This document shows positions 55,384 through 64,000 of a stretch of DNA of 64,000 bases, in pieces. How positions within the stretch are numbered: the first letter of the stretch is position 1; each line of letters starts with the position of its first letter. Below the pieces are notes generated by a model, which was not told the origin of the DNA, did no database searches, and worked only from the letters and a program-made list of their open reading frames with translations. The translations under genes were made by a program, and so were the position numbers. The stretch spans positions 42,971-106,970 of the forward strand of contig JAJYBI010000008.1 in NCBI GenBank assembly GCA_021779095.1, given 5' to 3'. The DNA comes from Deltaproteobacteria bacterium. GTDB lineage: Bacteria; Desulfobacterota; Desulfuromonadia; Geobacterales; JAJYBI01.

Positions 55384-55411
55384 TCGTCTCAGCGGTGAAT
55401 GCGGTGGGTGG

Positions 55412-55612
55412 TCAGTCTTCGTAGGCGACCACCCGCACGATGCCGATGGTCTCCCCCGTGTCGTCGGTGGTGGAGGAGTCGGAGACGGAGACGATCCGTT
55501 TCACGCCGTTTTCCGCCACGAACCGGTTCACCTGGGCGTCCAGGTCGTGCAGTTCCCGCATCGCCTTCAGCGGCCGGAGCTCCATGCCGAACGACTTCAC
55601 CTTGTAGCCCAT
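55412..55612 (-). CDS. Small hypothetical protein (66 aa)
   Basis: Compact ORF with plausible codon usage, followed by a strong terminator hairpin. No family assigned. Confidence 0.4.
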   Translation of the reverse strand: MGYKVKSFGMELRPLKAMRELHDLDAQVNRFVAENGVKRIVSVSDSSTTDDTGETIGIVRVVAYED

Positions 55613-55646
55613 GTGTCACCTCCCGTCCCCGGTGGGGGTCCCGTTG

Positions 55647-55868
55647 TTATACGGACATGACTTCCTTGACGGCGGGGATCTTCTCCTTCAGGGTCCGCTC
55701 GATCCCCATCTTGAGGGTCATGGTGGACATGGGGCAGTGTCCGCAGGCCCCCACGAGCTTCACCCGGACGATGCCGTCGTCCGTCACGTCGATCAGTTCC
55801 ACGTTGCCGCCGTCCGCCTGCAGGGCGGGGCGGATCAGGTCCAGCGCCTTTTCAACTTCTTCCTTCAT
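55647..55868 (-). CDS. NifU-like (Nfu) Fe-S cluster scaffold domain protein
   Basis: [18 protein letters not shown] is the Nfu CxxC motif. Confidence 0.8.
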   Translation of the reverse strand: MKEEVEKALDLIRPALQADGGNVELIDVTDDGIVRVKLVGACGHCPMSTMTLKMGIERTLKEKIPAVKEVMSV

Positions 55869-55946
55869 GGGTTCTACCTCCTTGGTGGTATGTTCAGGGC
55901 CGGTATGCCGGTCTTTGCCGGCCGTTCCGGCCGCGAACGGGGTCTT

Positions 55947-57347
55947 TCATTTCTTCCCCGGCACGCCGGGGCTCGTCAGCGGATAGGGGTCGAAGATCCG
56001 GTCCAGCTCCTGCCGGGGGAGCAGCTCTCTCGTCTCCAGTATATCGCGAATCCCCCGGCCGGTCTTCACCGATTCCTTCGCCACCTCCGCCGCCGCGTAG
56101 TAGCCGATGTACGGCGCCAGCACGGTCACGAGGCTCACCGACTCCTCCATGTAGCGGTGACAGCGGGCCTCGTTGGCGGTGATCCCGGCGATGCAGAAGC
56201 CGTCGAGCCTCGCCACGGTGTTGGTGAGGATCTCCAGGGCGAAGAGGATGTTGAAGGCAATGACCGGCATCATCACGTTCAGCTCCAGCTGCCCCGCCTG
56301 GGCCGCGAGCATGATCGTCGTGTCCGCCCCCATCACCTGGAAGGCGACCATGTTCGTCACCTCCGCCATGACCGGGTTCACCTTCCCCGGCATGATGGAG
56401 GAGCCGGGCTGCACCGCCGGCAGGACGATCTCGGCGAGGCCGGTGCGGGGACCGGAGGCCAGCAGCCTCAGGTCGTTGGCGACCCGCGTCAGGTTCACCG
56501 CCAGCCCCCTGAGGGCGGAGGAGAGTGCGACGAACGGGTCCATGTTGCTCATCGCCTCGAACAGGTTGGCGGCGTTTTCCACCGGGAAGCCGGTCTCCCG
56601 GCCGATCTCCGCAACGACGAGCCTGATGTACTCCGGCTCCGCGTTCATCCCCGTTCCCACCGCCGTGCCGCCGAGCCCCAGCTCCCTCAAGGAGGGGAGG
56701 CAGTGCCCGATTCCGAGCCGGTTCTTCTCCAGCGCCAGCGCCCACGACGCGAACTCCTGTCCCAGTCGCACCGGCACCGCGTCCTGCAGGTGGGTGCGCC
56801 CCGATTTGAGGATGCCGTCGAACTCCTCCCCCTTTCGGTTCAGGGCGGCCACGAGCCCGGAGAGCGCCGGCAGCAGCCGCTCCAGCATCTGCAGGGCGGA
56901 GAGCCGCATGGCGGTGGGGATGACGTCGTTGGTGGACTGGGCCATGTTCACGTGGTCGTTGGCGTTCACCCGCTTGTACTCGCCACGGCTGCCCCCCAGG
57001 ATCTCCTCCGCACGGTTGGCCAGCACCTCGTTCACGTTCATGTTGTGGGAGGTGCCGGCGCCGGCCTGGAACGGGTCCACCACGAACTGGCCGGAGAGTT
57101 TCCCCTCTATCGCCTCGTCCGCCGCGGCGACGATCGCCTCGCCGATCTCCGCGGGAAGGCGCCCCGTGGCCATGTTGGCTTTGGCCGCGCATTTCTTGAT
57201 GATCAGGGTTCCCCAGACGAATGACGGGTGGGGCATGAGGCCGGAGATGGGGAAGTTCTGCACGGCGCGGGCCGTCTGGGCGCCGTACAGCGCGTCCGCC
57301 GGCACCTCCACCGGTCCGAGGGTGTCTTTTTCGATGCGGGTGGTCAT
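55947..57347 (-). CDS. aspA: Aspartate ammonia-lyase (fumarase/aspartase class II family)
   Basis: GSSIMPGKVNPV signature and QSTNDV. The RGEYKRVNANDHVNMAQSTND block is closer to AspA than to FumC. Confidence 0.75.
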   Translation of the reverse strand: MTTRIEKDTLGPVEVPADALYGAQTARAVQNFPISGLMPHPSFVWGTLIIKKCAAKANMATGRLPAEIGEAIVAAADEAIEGKLSGQFVVDPFQAGAGTSHNMNVNEVLANRAEEILGGSRGEYKRVNANDHVNMAQSTNDVIPTAMRLSALQMLERLLPALSGLVAALNRKGEEFDGILKSGRTHLQDAVPVRLGQEFASWALALEKNRLGIGHCLPSLRELGLGGTAVGTGMNAEPEYIRLVVAEIGRETGFPVENAANLFEAMSNMDPFVALSSALRGLAVNLTRVANDLRLLASGPRTGLAEIVLPAVQPGSSIMPGKVNPVMAEVTNMVAFQVMGADTTIMLAAQAGQLELNVMMPVIAFNILFALEILTNTVARLDGFCIAGITANEARCHRYMEESVSLVTVLAPYIGYYAAAEVAKESVKTGRGIRDILETRELLPRQELDRIFDPYPLTSPGVPGKK

Positions 57348-57395
57348 GATGGGGGTCCAAGGGCCGAAGGGGCCCGGTTGGTCATATGTTCGGCG

Positions 57396-58058
57396 TTACG
57401 GCTCAGTCAGCGGGGCGAGCTGCAGCAGTTCTTCGACACTGGTCACGAGGAGGACGGGGCAGCCGCGGAGCGCCGGGAGCCGCAGGTCGATGTCGTAGCG
57501 GTCTCCCACGAAAAGACACTCTCCCGGCGGGACGCCCGCCAGCGCCAGCACGCGGTCCAGCACGGAGGATGCGGGCTTGGCGCGCCAGCCGTCCTCGATG
57601 GTCACGATCTCCCGGAACAGCTCCTCGAAGCCGAGAATCGCCACGATCCGGCCGGTGAGCGACCGGTTGTTGTTCGTGTACAGGAGGAGATCGTACCGTG
57701 CTTTAAGCCGTTTCAGCAGCTCAATGACCCGGTCGTCCCGGGCGAGAAACCGCTCCGGCGCGATCTCCCCCGCCATGTGGCGGTGCACCTCCTTGAGGTC
57801 GCCCCCCAGCTTGATGCAGGCGGCGCTCAGGGGCGCTTCAAGACCGCTCGCGGCGGAAAGCTCCGCACGGGTCTCCTTCACCAGGGAGAGCGCCGCCTCC
57901 TCGTCGATCCCCTTCAACGCGCCGATGTAGCGGGCGAAGGAGCGGGCGATCTCCCGGCTGAACGCGATGTTGGCATAGAGGGTGCCGTCCAGGTCGAAGA
58001 CGATGGCCCGGATGCCGCTCTCCCGCACCTGCCGCACCGCGTCCGCCAAGTCTATCAC
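57396..58058 (-). CDS. HAD-superfamily hydrolase
   Basis: FDLDGTLY motif I. The track start at 58103 overlaps the upstream gene; GTG 58058 is an alternative. Confidence 0.65.
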   Translation of the reverse strand: MIDLADAVRQVRESGIRAIVFDLDGTLYANIAFSREIARSFARYIGALKGIDEEAALSLVKETRAELSAASGLEAPLSAACIKLGGDLKEVHRHMAGEIAPERFLARDDRVIELLKRLKARYDLLLYTNNNRSLTGRIVAILGFEELFREIVTIEDGWRAKPASSVLDRVLALAGVPPGECLFVGDRYDIDLRLPALRGCPVLLVTSVEELLQLAPLTEP

Positions 58059-58072
58059 GGCCGGTCCCCCTG

Positions 58073-59248
58073 TCAAAGCAGGCTTCCCCAGGTGCGCCGG
58101 CACAAAAGCGGCGGGTCGTCCACCCCCTTCGCCTGCACCAGCACCCGGAAGGTGTCACCCATCCCCCCTTCGGGGAGCATCAGCTTCTTCAGCGCCAGCC
58201 GGTTCTTCAGCCGCTCCTCCTCCGTTGCCGCCGTTGCCTCCAGCGCCATCATCTCCGCCATCATCCCCGCCGCCATGAGGAACCGGTACTGCTCGCCGAA
58301 CCAGACCGTGGCGAGCCCGAGCCGCTCCCCCTCCCGCATGAGGGTGGTGAAGTCCACGTGGCTCGTCATGTCCTGCTCCCCCGGGCGCCGGAACGGGTCC
58401 TCCTCCACGGTATGCCGCCAGTAGCAGAGGAGCGTTCCGTTGCGCCGCATCGGGCCGTACAGCTCCGCCGCCTCGTAGCCGTAGTCCACTGTCAGGACGA
58501 ATCCCCGCTGCAGAGACCGCTCTACGGATGCGAGCCAGCCGGGAAGCGCCAGGTTTACCTCGGCCCGGTGCCCGACCCCGAGGGTTACCCCCAGGTCCCG
58601 GAACCGTTTCGCCAGCGCCGGTGTGGACGGATCGTCCAAAAGCTCCGTCAGGCGGCCGTCGGTGACGGTCACGTACCGCTCCTTCAGGCAGTCCGGCGTC
58701 ATCTCCACCGCGTGCACCGGGAAGGCGTCCAGGAGTTCGTTGGAGAGAATGCAGCCGGTGAAGGAGAGCTTTCCTGAAGCCAGCGCCTCCGGACTGCTCC
58801 AGGCGATCCGCCCCCTGTGCGCACGCAGAGTCTCCTCCTGCACCGGACGGAGCGACGGCTCTGCCTCGATCAGCCGGTAGGTGAGCCGGTCGTACAGCTC
58901 CGGCTCAAGCTCCCGGATCGCATCCAGGATGTCGCAGGCGAGCCGGCCGCCGGCGGCCCCCGGCTCCACGGCGTCGAACCGTTCCGGGCTCCCCATCACC
59001 TCCCACATCCGGCAGAGCTCCCGGGCGATCAGCCGCCCGAAGAGGGCGTGGACGTTGCTGCTGGTGTAGAAGTCCCCCTCCGCTCCGACCTTGCGGCCGG
59101 GGGAGGTGTAGTATCCCAGCCCGGGCTCGTACAGGCAGGCGGCCATGTACTCCGCAAAGGTGATTCTCCCCTTCTCGCCGATCCGGTCGATGAGGAGCCG
59201 CTGCAGGGGGGTGATGTCGTCGTTGGTCACGCAAGCCTCCGGAATCAT
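58073..59248 (-). CDS. MidA/NDUFAF7-family SAM-dependent methyltransferase (DUF185)
   Basis: About 390 aa starting MIPEACV, with DUF185-like blocks (GEKGRITFAEYM..., LSNELLDAFPVH). The track's N-terminal extension is rejected. Confidence 0.75.
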   Translation of the reverse strand: MIPEACVTNDDITPLQRLLIDRIGEKGRITFAEYMAACLYEPGLGYYTSPGRKVGAEGDFYTSSNVHALFGRLIARELCRMWEVMGSPERFDAVEPGAAGGRLACDILDAIRELEPELYDRLTYRLIEAEPSLRPVQEETLRAHRGRIAWSSPEALASGKLSFTGCILSNELLDAFPVHAVEMTPDCLKERYVTVTDGRLTELLDDPSTPALAKRFRDLGVTLGVGHRAEVNLALPGWLASVERSLQRGFVLTVDYGYEAAELYGPMRRNGTLLCYWRHTVEEDPFRRPGEQDMTSHVDFTTLMREGERLGLATVWFGEQYRFLMAAGMMAEMMALEATAATEEERLKNRLALKKLMLPEGGMGDTFRVLVQAKGVDDPPLLCRRTWGSLL

Positions 59249-59507
59249 TTTTATATAGAGGACGGGGGCGGTTTTGTCAACGTGCGGCAGTGCGGTCCGG
59301 GGAAGGAAATTCATGAAGCCCGCTAAAGATTGTGCCGGGGCTGCCGATACGTTCAACTGTGGGTTACGTGTCGGCCATGAGAGCGAAGGGTCCCGCAGGT
59401 TTCTGTCGGGACGACGTGGTGTGGCATGTTTGGTTGTGCGGGGTTTTCGGACTCCTTTCTCCGGTGGTAGCCCCGCACAACCACTTTTTATAGATCTGAT
59501 ATGAGGC

Positions 59508-59804
59508 ATGCTCCGGGAGGAAACGATGACACGGTCGACAGATCGGAACAGGGGGGCGTCCCGCTCACGGCTCGTACTGCAGGAGATCGACGACCAGCTC
59601 CGTGCCATGTCGCGTCAGATCGGGCGGATCGCCGCGGCGACCGGTACCCTGCCGCGCGGCGCCGTCGTGGCTGACTTCGGCAGCGGCATCACCCGCATCG
59701 GCGACACGTTCATCCTCTCCATCGATGAGGCCGCACCGTCCCGTCTGGCACGCGAGATGCGGCTCCTGATGGAGGAGCGCCGCCGGGAGGATGTCCCCTC
59801 CTAA
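59508..59804 (+). CDS. Hypothetical small protein
   Basis: 98-aa ORF converging on the WYL gene. Weak evidence. Confidence 0.3.
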   Translation: MLREETMTRSTDRNRGASRSRLVLQEIDDQLRAMSRQIGRIAAATGTLPRGAVVADFGSGITRIGDTFILSIDEAAPSRLAREMRLLMEERRREDVPS

Positions 59805-60802
59805 TCCCCGTCGCCGTACCGGTCGGCCATGGCGCGTACCGCCTGCCGCGCCTCGTCACGCAGCCCCGCCGGCTCCAGGACCTCCGCCAGCGGTCCGTAG
59901 GAGAGGACCCAGGCGAGGATCTCCATCCGCCCCCCCGCCTCGAACGCCAGCTCCACGCTCCCGTCCCCGTTGACCGTCACCCGCTGTGTGGGATGCCATC
60001 TCCGCCCCGTCACCGCGTGGGCCACCGTTGCATCGAACCGGACGCGCACCCGCATCGCCTCTTCCTTCACGATGCCGAACGCCTGCTGCAGATGCTCCTC
60101 CGGCCGGAAGTCGTCCGGCATCTCGAACCGCTCCTTTTCCACCGTTACCGACGCGATCCGTTCCACCGCGAAGGTCCGGAGCGCCTGCCGGTTGTGGGTG
60201 TACCCCAGAAGGTACAGCCCCCCCTTGTAGAACAGCACGGTGTACGGGTCCACCCGGTAGCATTCCTCCGCCGCGCCGCCCCCCTTCTTGTAGCAGAGGG
60301 TCACCCGGTACTGGTAGATGAGCGCCTCCCGCAGACTCTTCAGCACCGCCGTTGCCTCGTGGTAGTCGTGCCGCCCCTGCAACAAGGGGAGGGAGATGCG
60401 GGAGATCCGCTCCAGGTGCGCGGCGTAGCGCGGGGGGAGCACCGAGTTCACCTTGTCGAAGATGGACTGCAGGTCGTCCTGGAACGGGGTCCCCTGCAAA
60501 AGGTCCATCTGGGAGCGGAGGAAGTAGAGGGTCATCAGCTCCGGCAGCGAAAAGGCGATGGGGGGGACCCCCTTGAAGGTGGTGATGAACCGGTAGACCT
60601 TGCGGCTGTCCAGCCAGTCGGATACGAGCGGATAGCCGGCGTCGTGGATGGCGTTCAGGTCGCGGTGGATCGTCCGCCGGTCCACCCCCGTCTCCTCCGC
60701 CATCTCCTCGATGGTCACCCCGTGGCGTGCCTCGATGAGCCGCACCAGGTTGTGCAGCCGCGCCGCCTGGGAATACTTCTTCGCCGGTTTCCCCTTCTGC
60801 AT
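59801..60802 (-). CDS. WYL-domain transcriptional regulator (N-terminal HTH, central WYL, C-terminal WCX-like domain)
   Basis: HTH (VTIEEMAEETGVDRRTIHRDL) and a WYL-like core (RVDPYTVLFYKGGLYLLGY). Confidence 0.8.
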   Translation of the reverse strand: MQKGKPAKKYSQAARLHNLVRLIEARHGVTIEEMAEETGVDRRTIHRDLNAIHDAGYPLVSDWLDSRKVYRFITTFKGVPPIAFSLPELMTLYFLRSQMDLLQGTPFQDDLQSIFDKVNSVLPPRYAAHLERISRISLPLLQGRHDYHEATAVLKSLREALIYQYRVTLCYKKGGGAAEECYRVDPYTVLFYKGGLYLLGYTHNRQALRTFAVERIASVTVEKERFEMPDDFRPEEHLQQAFGIVKEEAMRVRVRFDATVAHAVTGRRWHPTQRVTVNGDGSVELAFEAGGRMEILAWVLSYGPLAEVLEPAGLRDEARQAVRAMADRYGDGD

Positions 60803-60894
60803 GATCTCCTCCCGTCTGTCGGTAGGGAGATACTACCCCAAGCGGCAGGCGGTGGGAAGGGGAAAGAACCGGGCTCGGTATGCGGGCAGAATGG

Positions 60895-63318
60895 TCAGGC
60901 CCCGAGCCGGAACCACCGGGCGGTTTCGTTCAGGTCCACGGCAGTGTGGGCCAGGTCCTGCGACGAACGCATGACGTCGCTGAACGCCGACCTGATCTGG
61001 CGGGCGACGTTGGCGATCTCGTTGATATTGCCGGTTATCTCGTCGGCGGTGGCGGACTGCTCGACGGTAGCCGTTGCAATCCGGGCCACCATATCCGCAA
61101 TCCCCTCGATGTCGGCCACGATCCTGTCGATGGAAGAGAGGGAGCCGTTGACGATCTCCACCACCCGGTCGATGGCGCTGCTCTCGTCCATGATGAGCGT
61201 GACGGTGCCGTCGATCCGTTCCCGCATATCGTTCACCCGCTGCGTGATCTCGCCGGTCGCCGCTCCGGACTTCTCGGAGAGCGTACGTACCTCGTTCGCC
61301 ACCACGGCAAAGCCGTGTCCGGCATCGCCCGCCCTGGCCGCTTCGATGGCGGCGTTCAGTGCCAGCAGGTTTGTCTGGTCGGCGATGTCGTTGATGAGGT
61401 CGACGATCGAGGTGATTTCCCGCGATTTCTCGCCGAGCGTTTCCACCTGGCGAACGGAAGATTTCATCGTCTCCGCGAAACGGTTCAGTTCCTCCATGGC
61501 GTGATGCATCATCTTCTTGCTGTCGGCCGCGGTGCCTTTCGTCGTTTCCGCCGTGCCGGCGGTCTGGTGCGCATTCCGGGCGACATCGTTAATGGTCTGC
61601 GACATCTGGGATATGGCGACGGCGGAATGTTCGATGCGTGCCGTCTGGTCGACGGTGCCGTGCTCAAGGGTGACGGCGGTGGACGAGAGCTCTTCCGAGC
61701 CGCTCGCCATGCTCGATGTGGCTCCGCCGATCCTTTCGGCGATGGTGCGCAGGCTGGCCACCATCTCGGCCATGGCCCTCTGTACGAGCCCGATCTCGTC
61801 GCTCCGCCCGGTCTCGATGGTGCAGTTGAGGTTTCCCGACGAAATCTCACCGGCCGAGCAGATCAGGTGCGCCAGCGGGATGGCGATGGCCCGGTAGATC
61901 CAGTAGCCGAACCCGAAGCCCAGCAGGATGGCAATGGCGCCGATGACCATGATCATGGTGAGGCTGTTGTTGATCATGCCGTTCACCGCGCCGATGGCCT
62001 TTTCCTGCTCTCCCCGTGCGGCAACGACGGTCTGCTTGCCTTTCCTCGCCTGCAGGAGGACGATCTCCTTCAATCGGTCCGTTTCCCTGACGACGGCATC
62101 GTGGGCGTCGATCTTGCGCCGGATGGCGCTGGCAACGCCATCCGGGGCGGTGACGGCCGTCCGTATCCCGTCCAGAGATGCGCCGGCCTTTTTCAGCAAT
62201 GCCAGTTCCTGCGTCGCCTGGATCTTGGTCAGCTGGTTTCCCACGGCACCTTCGGACGTGCGGATCTTGCCGAACTGGTCCTGGACGATGCGCAGTGCAC
62301 TGTCCACCGCCGCGGTGGAGTCGGCGGTGAGCATCCGGGAAACGATGCCGTCCAGGGCGATGCCGTTGGCCACCAGTTCCGAGTTGCTTTCCAGCGCATT
62401 GAAGGCCAGGGCGGATTTCCGGGAACTGGTTTCCTGCCGTTTCAGGGTTGCGTCGCTGCGCTCGTACATATCTTCCAGGATGTCTTCCAGACCGGCGTAG
62501 AAGCCGTCTGTTTTCTCCGAAATATCGTTGAGCAGGGCTTCCGACCTGGCCGGGGCGTTGGCCGCTTTTGCCCTGAAATACTCTTCGATTTCCGCCGCCA
62601 GGTTTTTGGCCTCGCCCATGAATTTCGGGTTGCGCTTCACATCGCCGTTCTGGAGCAGCCGTTTCGATGCCGATCTGGCCTCGTTCAGATACCGTTTCGC
62701 CCCGTTTCGCTGGAACTGGAGGAGTGCCGCCATGATGCCGCGGAGCTGCGACCTGGCCATTTCGAGGCTGGTGAGCTGGTCGGCCAGGATGGCGCGGTCC
62801 TTGACCGCCGCGGCGTAACTGCCGGCACTGGCAGCCTGCATGGTCTTCACTTCTGCGTCCAGGTTCCGGAGCAGATGCAGGGTGTCGTTCAGGCGCGCCT
62901 GCACGGTCTTGCTCGCCCTGGCGGCGTCTTCGTCTGCGGTGAGGCGCGATTCCACCGCCCGGCAGAGGGATTCCCGGATGGCCGACAGGTCGCTGACGGT
63001 CGTGTAACGCTCTCCGGAGAGCGCCTCCAGCTCCTGCTGGGCCGTGCCGGCTTCCGCCAGGGATCTGCCCGCCTCCGTGACATAGTTGTCGAACTCGTTC
63101 CTGTCGCCGGCCGCTCCGATCTTGACGAGATCGGTGGTGATCCCCTGAATGGCACGCTGAAATTCGAGGGTCCGCACCTGGAAGGGGGTACTCTTCTCGG
63201 TCAGTGCGGTCAGTTTCTGTTTGATGAAGCGCATGCTGACGTAACTGGTGGAGGAGAGGGACAGGATGATTGCGGCGATGATTGCCACATTCAAGAGGAG
63301 CTTGGTTTTGATTTTCAT
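60895..63318 (-). CDS. Methyl-accepting chemotaxis protein with a large periplasmic sensor domain
   Basis: TM, sensor, TM, HAMP and the MCP signalling domain ([34 protein letters not shown]). The start is taken at ATG 63318. Confidence 0.9.
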   Translation of the reverse strand: MKIKTKLLLNVAIIAAIILSLSSTSYVSMRFIKQKLTALTEKSTPFQVRTLEFQRAIQGITTDLVKIGAAGDRNEFDNYVTEAGRSLAEAGTAQQELEALSGERYTTVSDLSAIRESLCRAVESRLTADEDAARASKTVQARLNDTLHLLRNLDAEVKTMQAASAGSYAAAVKDRAILADQLTSLEMARSQLRGIMAALLQFQRNGAKRYLNEARSASKRLLQNGDVKRNPKFMGEAKNLAAEIEEYFRAKAANAPARSEALLNDISEKTDGFYAGLEDILEDMYERSDATLKRQETSSRKSALAFNALESNSELVANGIALDGIVSRMLTADSTAAVDSALRIVQDQFGKIRTSEGAVGNQLTKIQATQELALLKKAGASLDGIRTAVTAPDGVASAIRRKIDAHDAVVRETDRLKEIVLLQARKGKQTVVAARGEQEKAIGAVNGMINNSLTMIMVIGAIAILLGFGFGYWIYRAIAIPLAHLICSAGEISSGNLNCTIETGRSDEIGLVQRAMAEMVASLRTIAERIGGATSSMASGSEELSSTAVTLEHGTVDQTARIEHSAVAISQMSQTINDVARNAHQTAGTAETTKGTAADSKKMMHHAMEELNRFAETMKSSVRQVETLGEKSREITSIVDLINDIADQTNLLALNAAIEAARAGDAGHGFAVVANEVRTLSEKSGAATGEITQRVNDMRERIDGTVTLIMDESSAIDRVVEIVNGSLSSIDRIVADIEGIADMVARIATATVEQSATADEITGNINEIANVARQIRSAFSDVMRSSQDLAHTAVDLNETARWFRLGA

Positions 63319-63657
63319 CGGATGGGCCTCTCCGGGGGATAGTCGGCAACCGGCGTCAGGTCGCGCCGGCCGATGCCGCACTGGTCGAACGGGCCGTCGT
63401 GATCGGCTTAGCGGGCATGGTGCCTGTGAGCCTTATCGGAGAAAGGCGCGGGGACTTGAAGATGTTTCATGTATTCATATGCGGGATGGCCGTTGTGGCG
63501 GAGCTCGTTCGCGTCAGCGCTGCCGTGGCCGGCAGACCGGCTGGCCGGGCGGCGAGTCTGCAGCGAGATCGATGCGTCATGTGCGGGACGGGGTACGTTG
63601 CGGTGAGCGGGATGAATTGCCATAGACGATCCTCATAAAACGCGGTATAACGTTCGA

Positions 63658-63690
63658 GCCGGCTGCGGGAACATTGGCAGCCGGTTTTGT
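63658..63690 (+). terminator. Intrinsic terminator-like hairpin followed by a T-run
   Basis: gCCGGCTGCgggaacattgGCAGCCGGttttgt. Confidence 0.5.
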
Positions 63691-63770
63691 ATCCCTCAAT
63701 GTTTTTGCATCTTGTAGTGTGGCGCGGCGTTGCGCGAACGACTTTGGTTTCCGGAGAAAGTGGATGCCGT

Positions 63771-64000
63771 ATGGCCCTGCCTGAAATAGAGCTGCACCGA
63801 GTGATCGGGCTCCTCGGGGTGTTCTGCGAGGAACGGACCGGCGACGCGGTCTTACTCGAATACGCCATTCGGGGGAACCGGGTGACCCTCACGGAATCGC
63901 GACCGCTGTTCATCGACCCGAGTGTGTGGAACCGCGTGAACGTGGCCCAGTTCGAATTCGACCCGGAGAACCGGATCTGGGTGCTGTACTGGTATGACCG
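63771..64000 (+). CDS. DUF3024-like protein, 5' part (continues beyond the window)
   Basis: ATG 63771 opens a frame that reaches the window edge. ...ENRIWVLYWYD is characteristic of DUF3024. Confidence 0.45.
   Translation, partial: MALPEIELHRVIGLLGVFCEERTGDAVLLEYAIRGNRVTLTESRPLFIDPSVWNRVNVAQFEFDPENRIWVLYWYD

Overview
This window is about 64 kb of a high-GC (roughly 63-66%) chromosome, annotated by reading the sequence and the six-frame ORF track only, with no database searches. Gene content (anaerobic cbi cobalamin pathway, SfrAB-like NADPH oxidoreductase, zur-znuACB) suggests a Geobacteraceae-like member of Desulfuromonadota. Positions 1-12400 hold an anaerobic cobalamin biosynthesis operon: cbiX (3' end), cbiC, a PNPOx-like flavoprotein, cbiD, cbiET, cbiL, cbiF, cbiG, a single 807-codon ORF in which cbiH and cobQ are fused through a repeat-rich linker, a DUF559 endonuclease-like insertion, cbiB, a MITE-like element, and cobD (threonine-phosphate decarboxylase). 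Next come an RHH-RelE/ParE toxin-antitoxin pair, tex, rdgC, an HhH-GPD DNA glycosylase and zur-znuA-znuC-znuB. Positions 21.0-30.7 kb form a low-GC accessory region: two decayed fragments of one RAYT/IS200-like tyrosine transposase (C-terminal piece at 22.1 kb, N-terminal piece at 29.5 kb), four REP-like 'AATAAGGGGAC' palindromes, a two-gene membrane-protein cassette flanked by a 40-nt direct repeat, a second low-GC gap (GAPDH) gene, a GT-C-like membrane protein and a DUF4160/DUF2442 pair. Downstream lies an 837-aa flotillin-like protein with five tandem ~72-aa repeats inserted in its SPFH domain. The rest is core genes: rhomboid protease, glutaredoxin-domain protein, TonB-dependent receptor plus TonB, NfeD-SPFH pair, uspA, IclR regulator, coaE, M29 aminopeptidase, sfrB/sfrA-like genes, HAD-xerC, VapBC, DUF362-ferredoxin, plsY, nfu, aspA-like lyase, MidA methyltransferase, a WYL regulator and a chemotaxis receptor. 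Intergenic DNA carries at least three repeat families: GGGAGGG/CCCTCCC hairpins, CACAGAG inverted repeats, and CGCAACG MITE-like elements. There is also one unique 300-bp nested inverted-repeat element. No rRNA, tRNA or CRISPR array was recognised.
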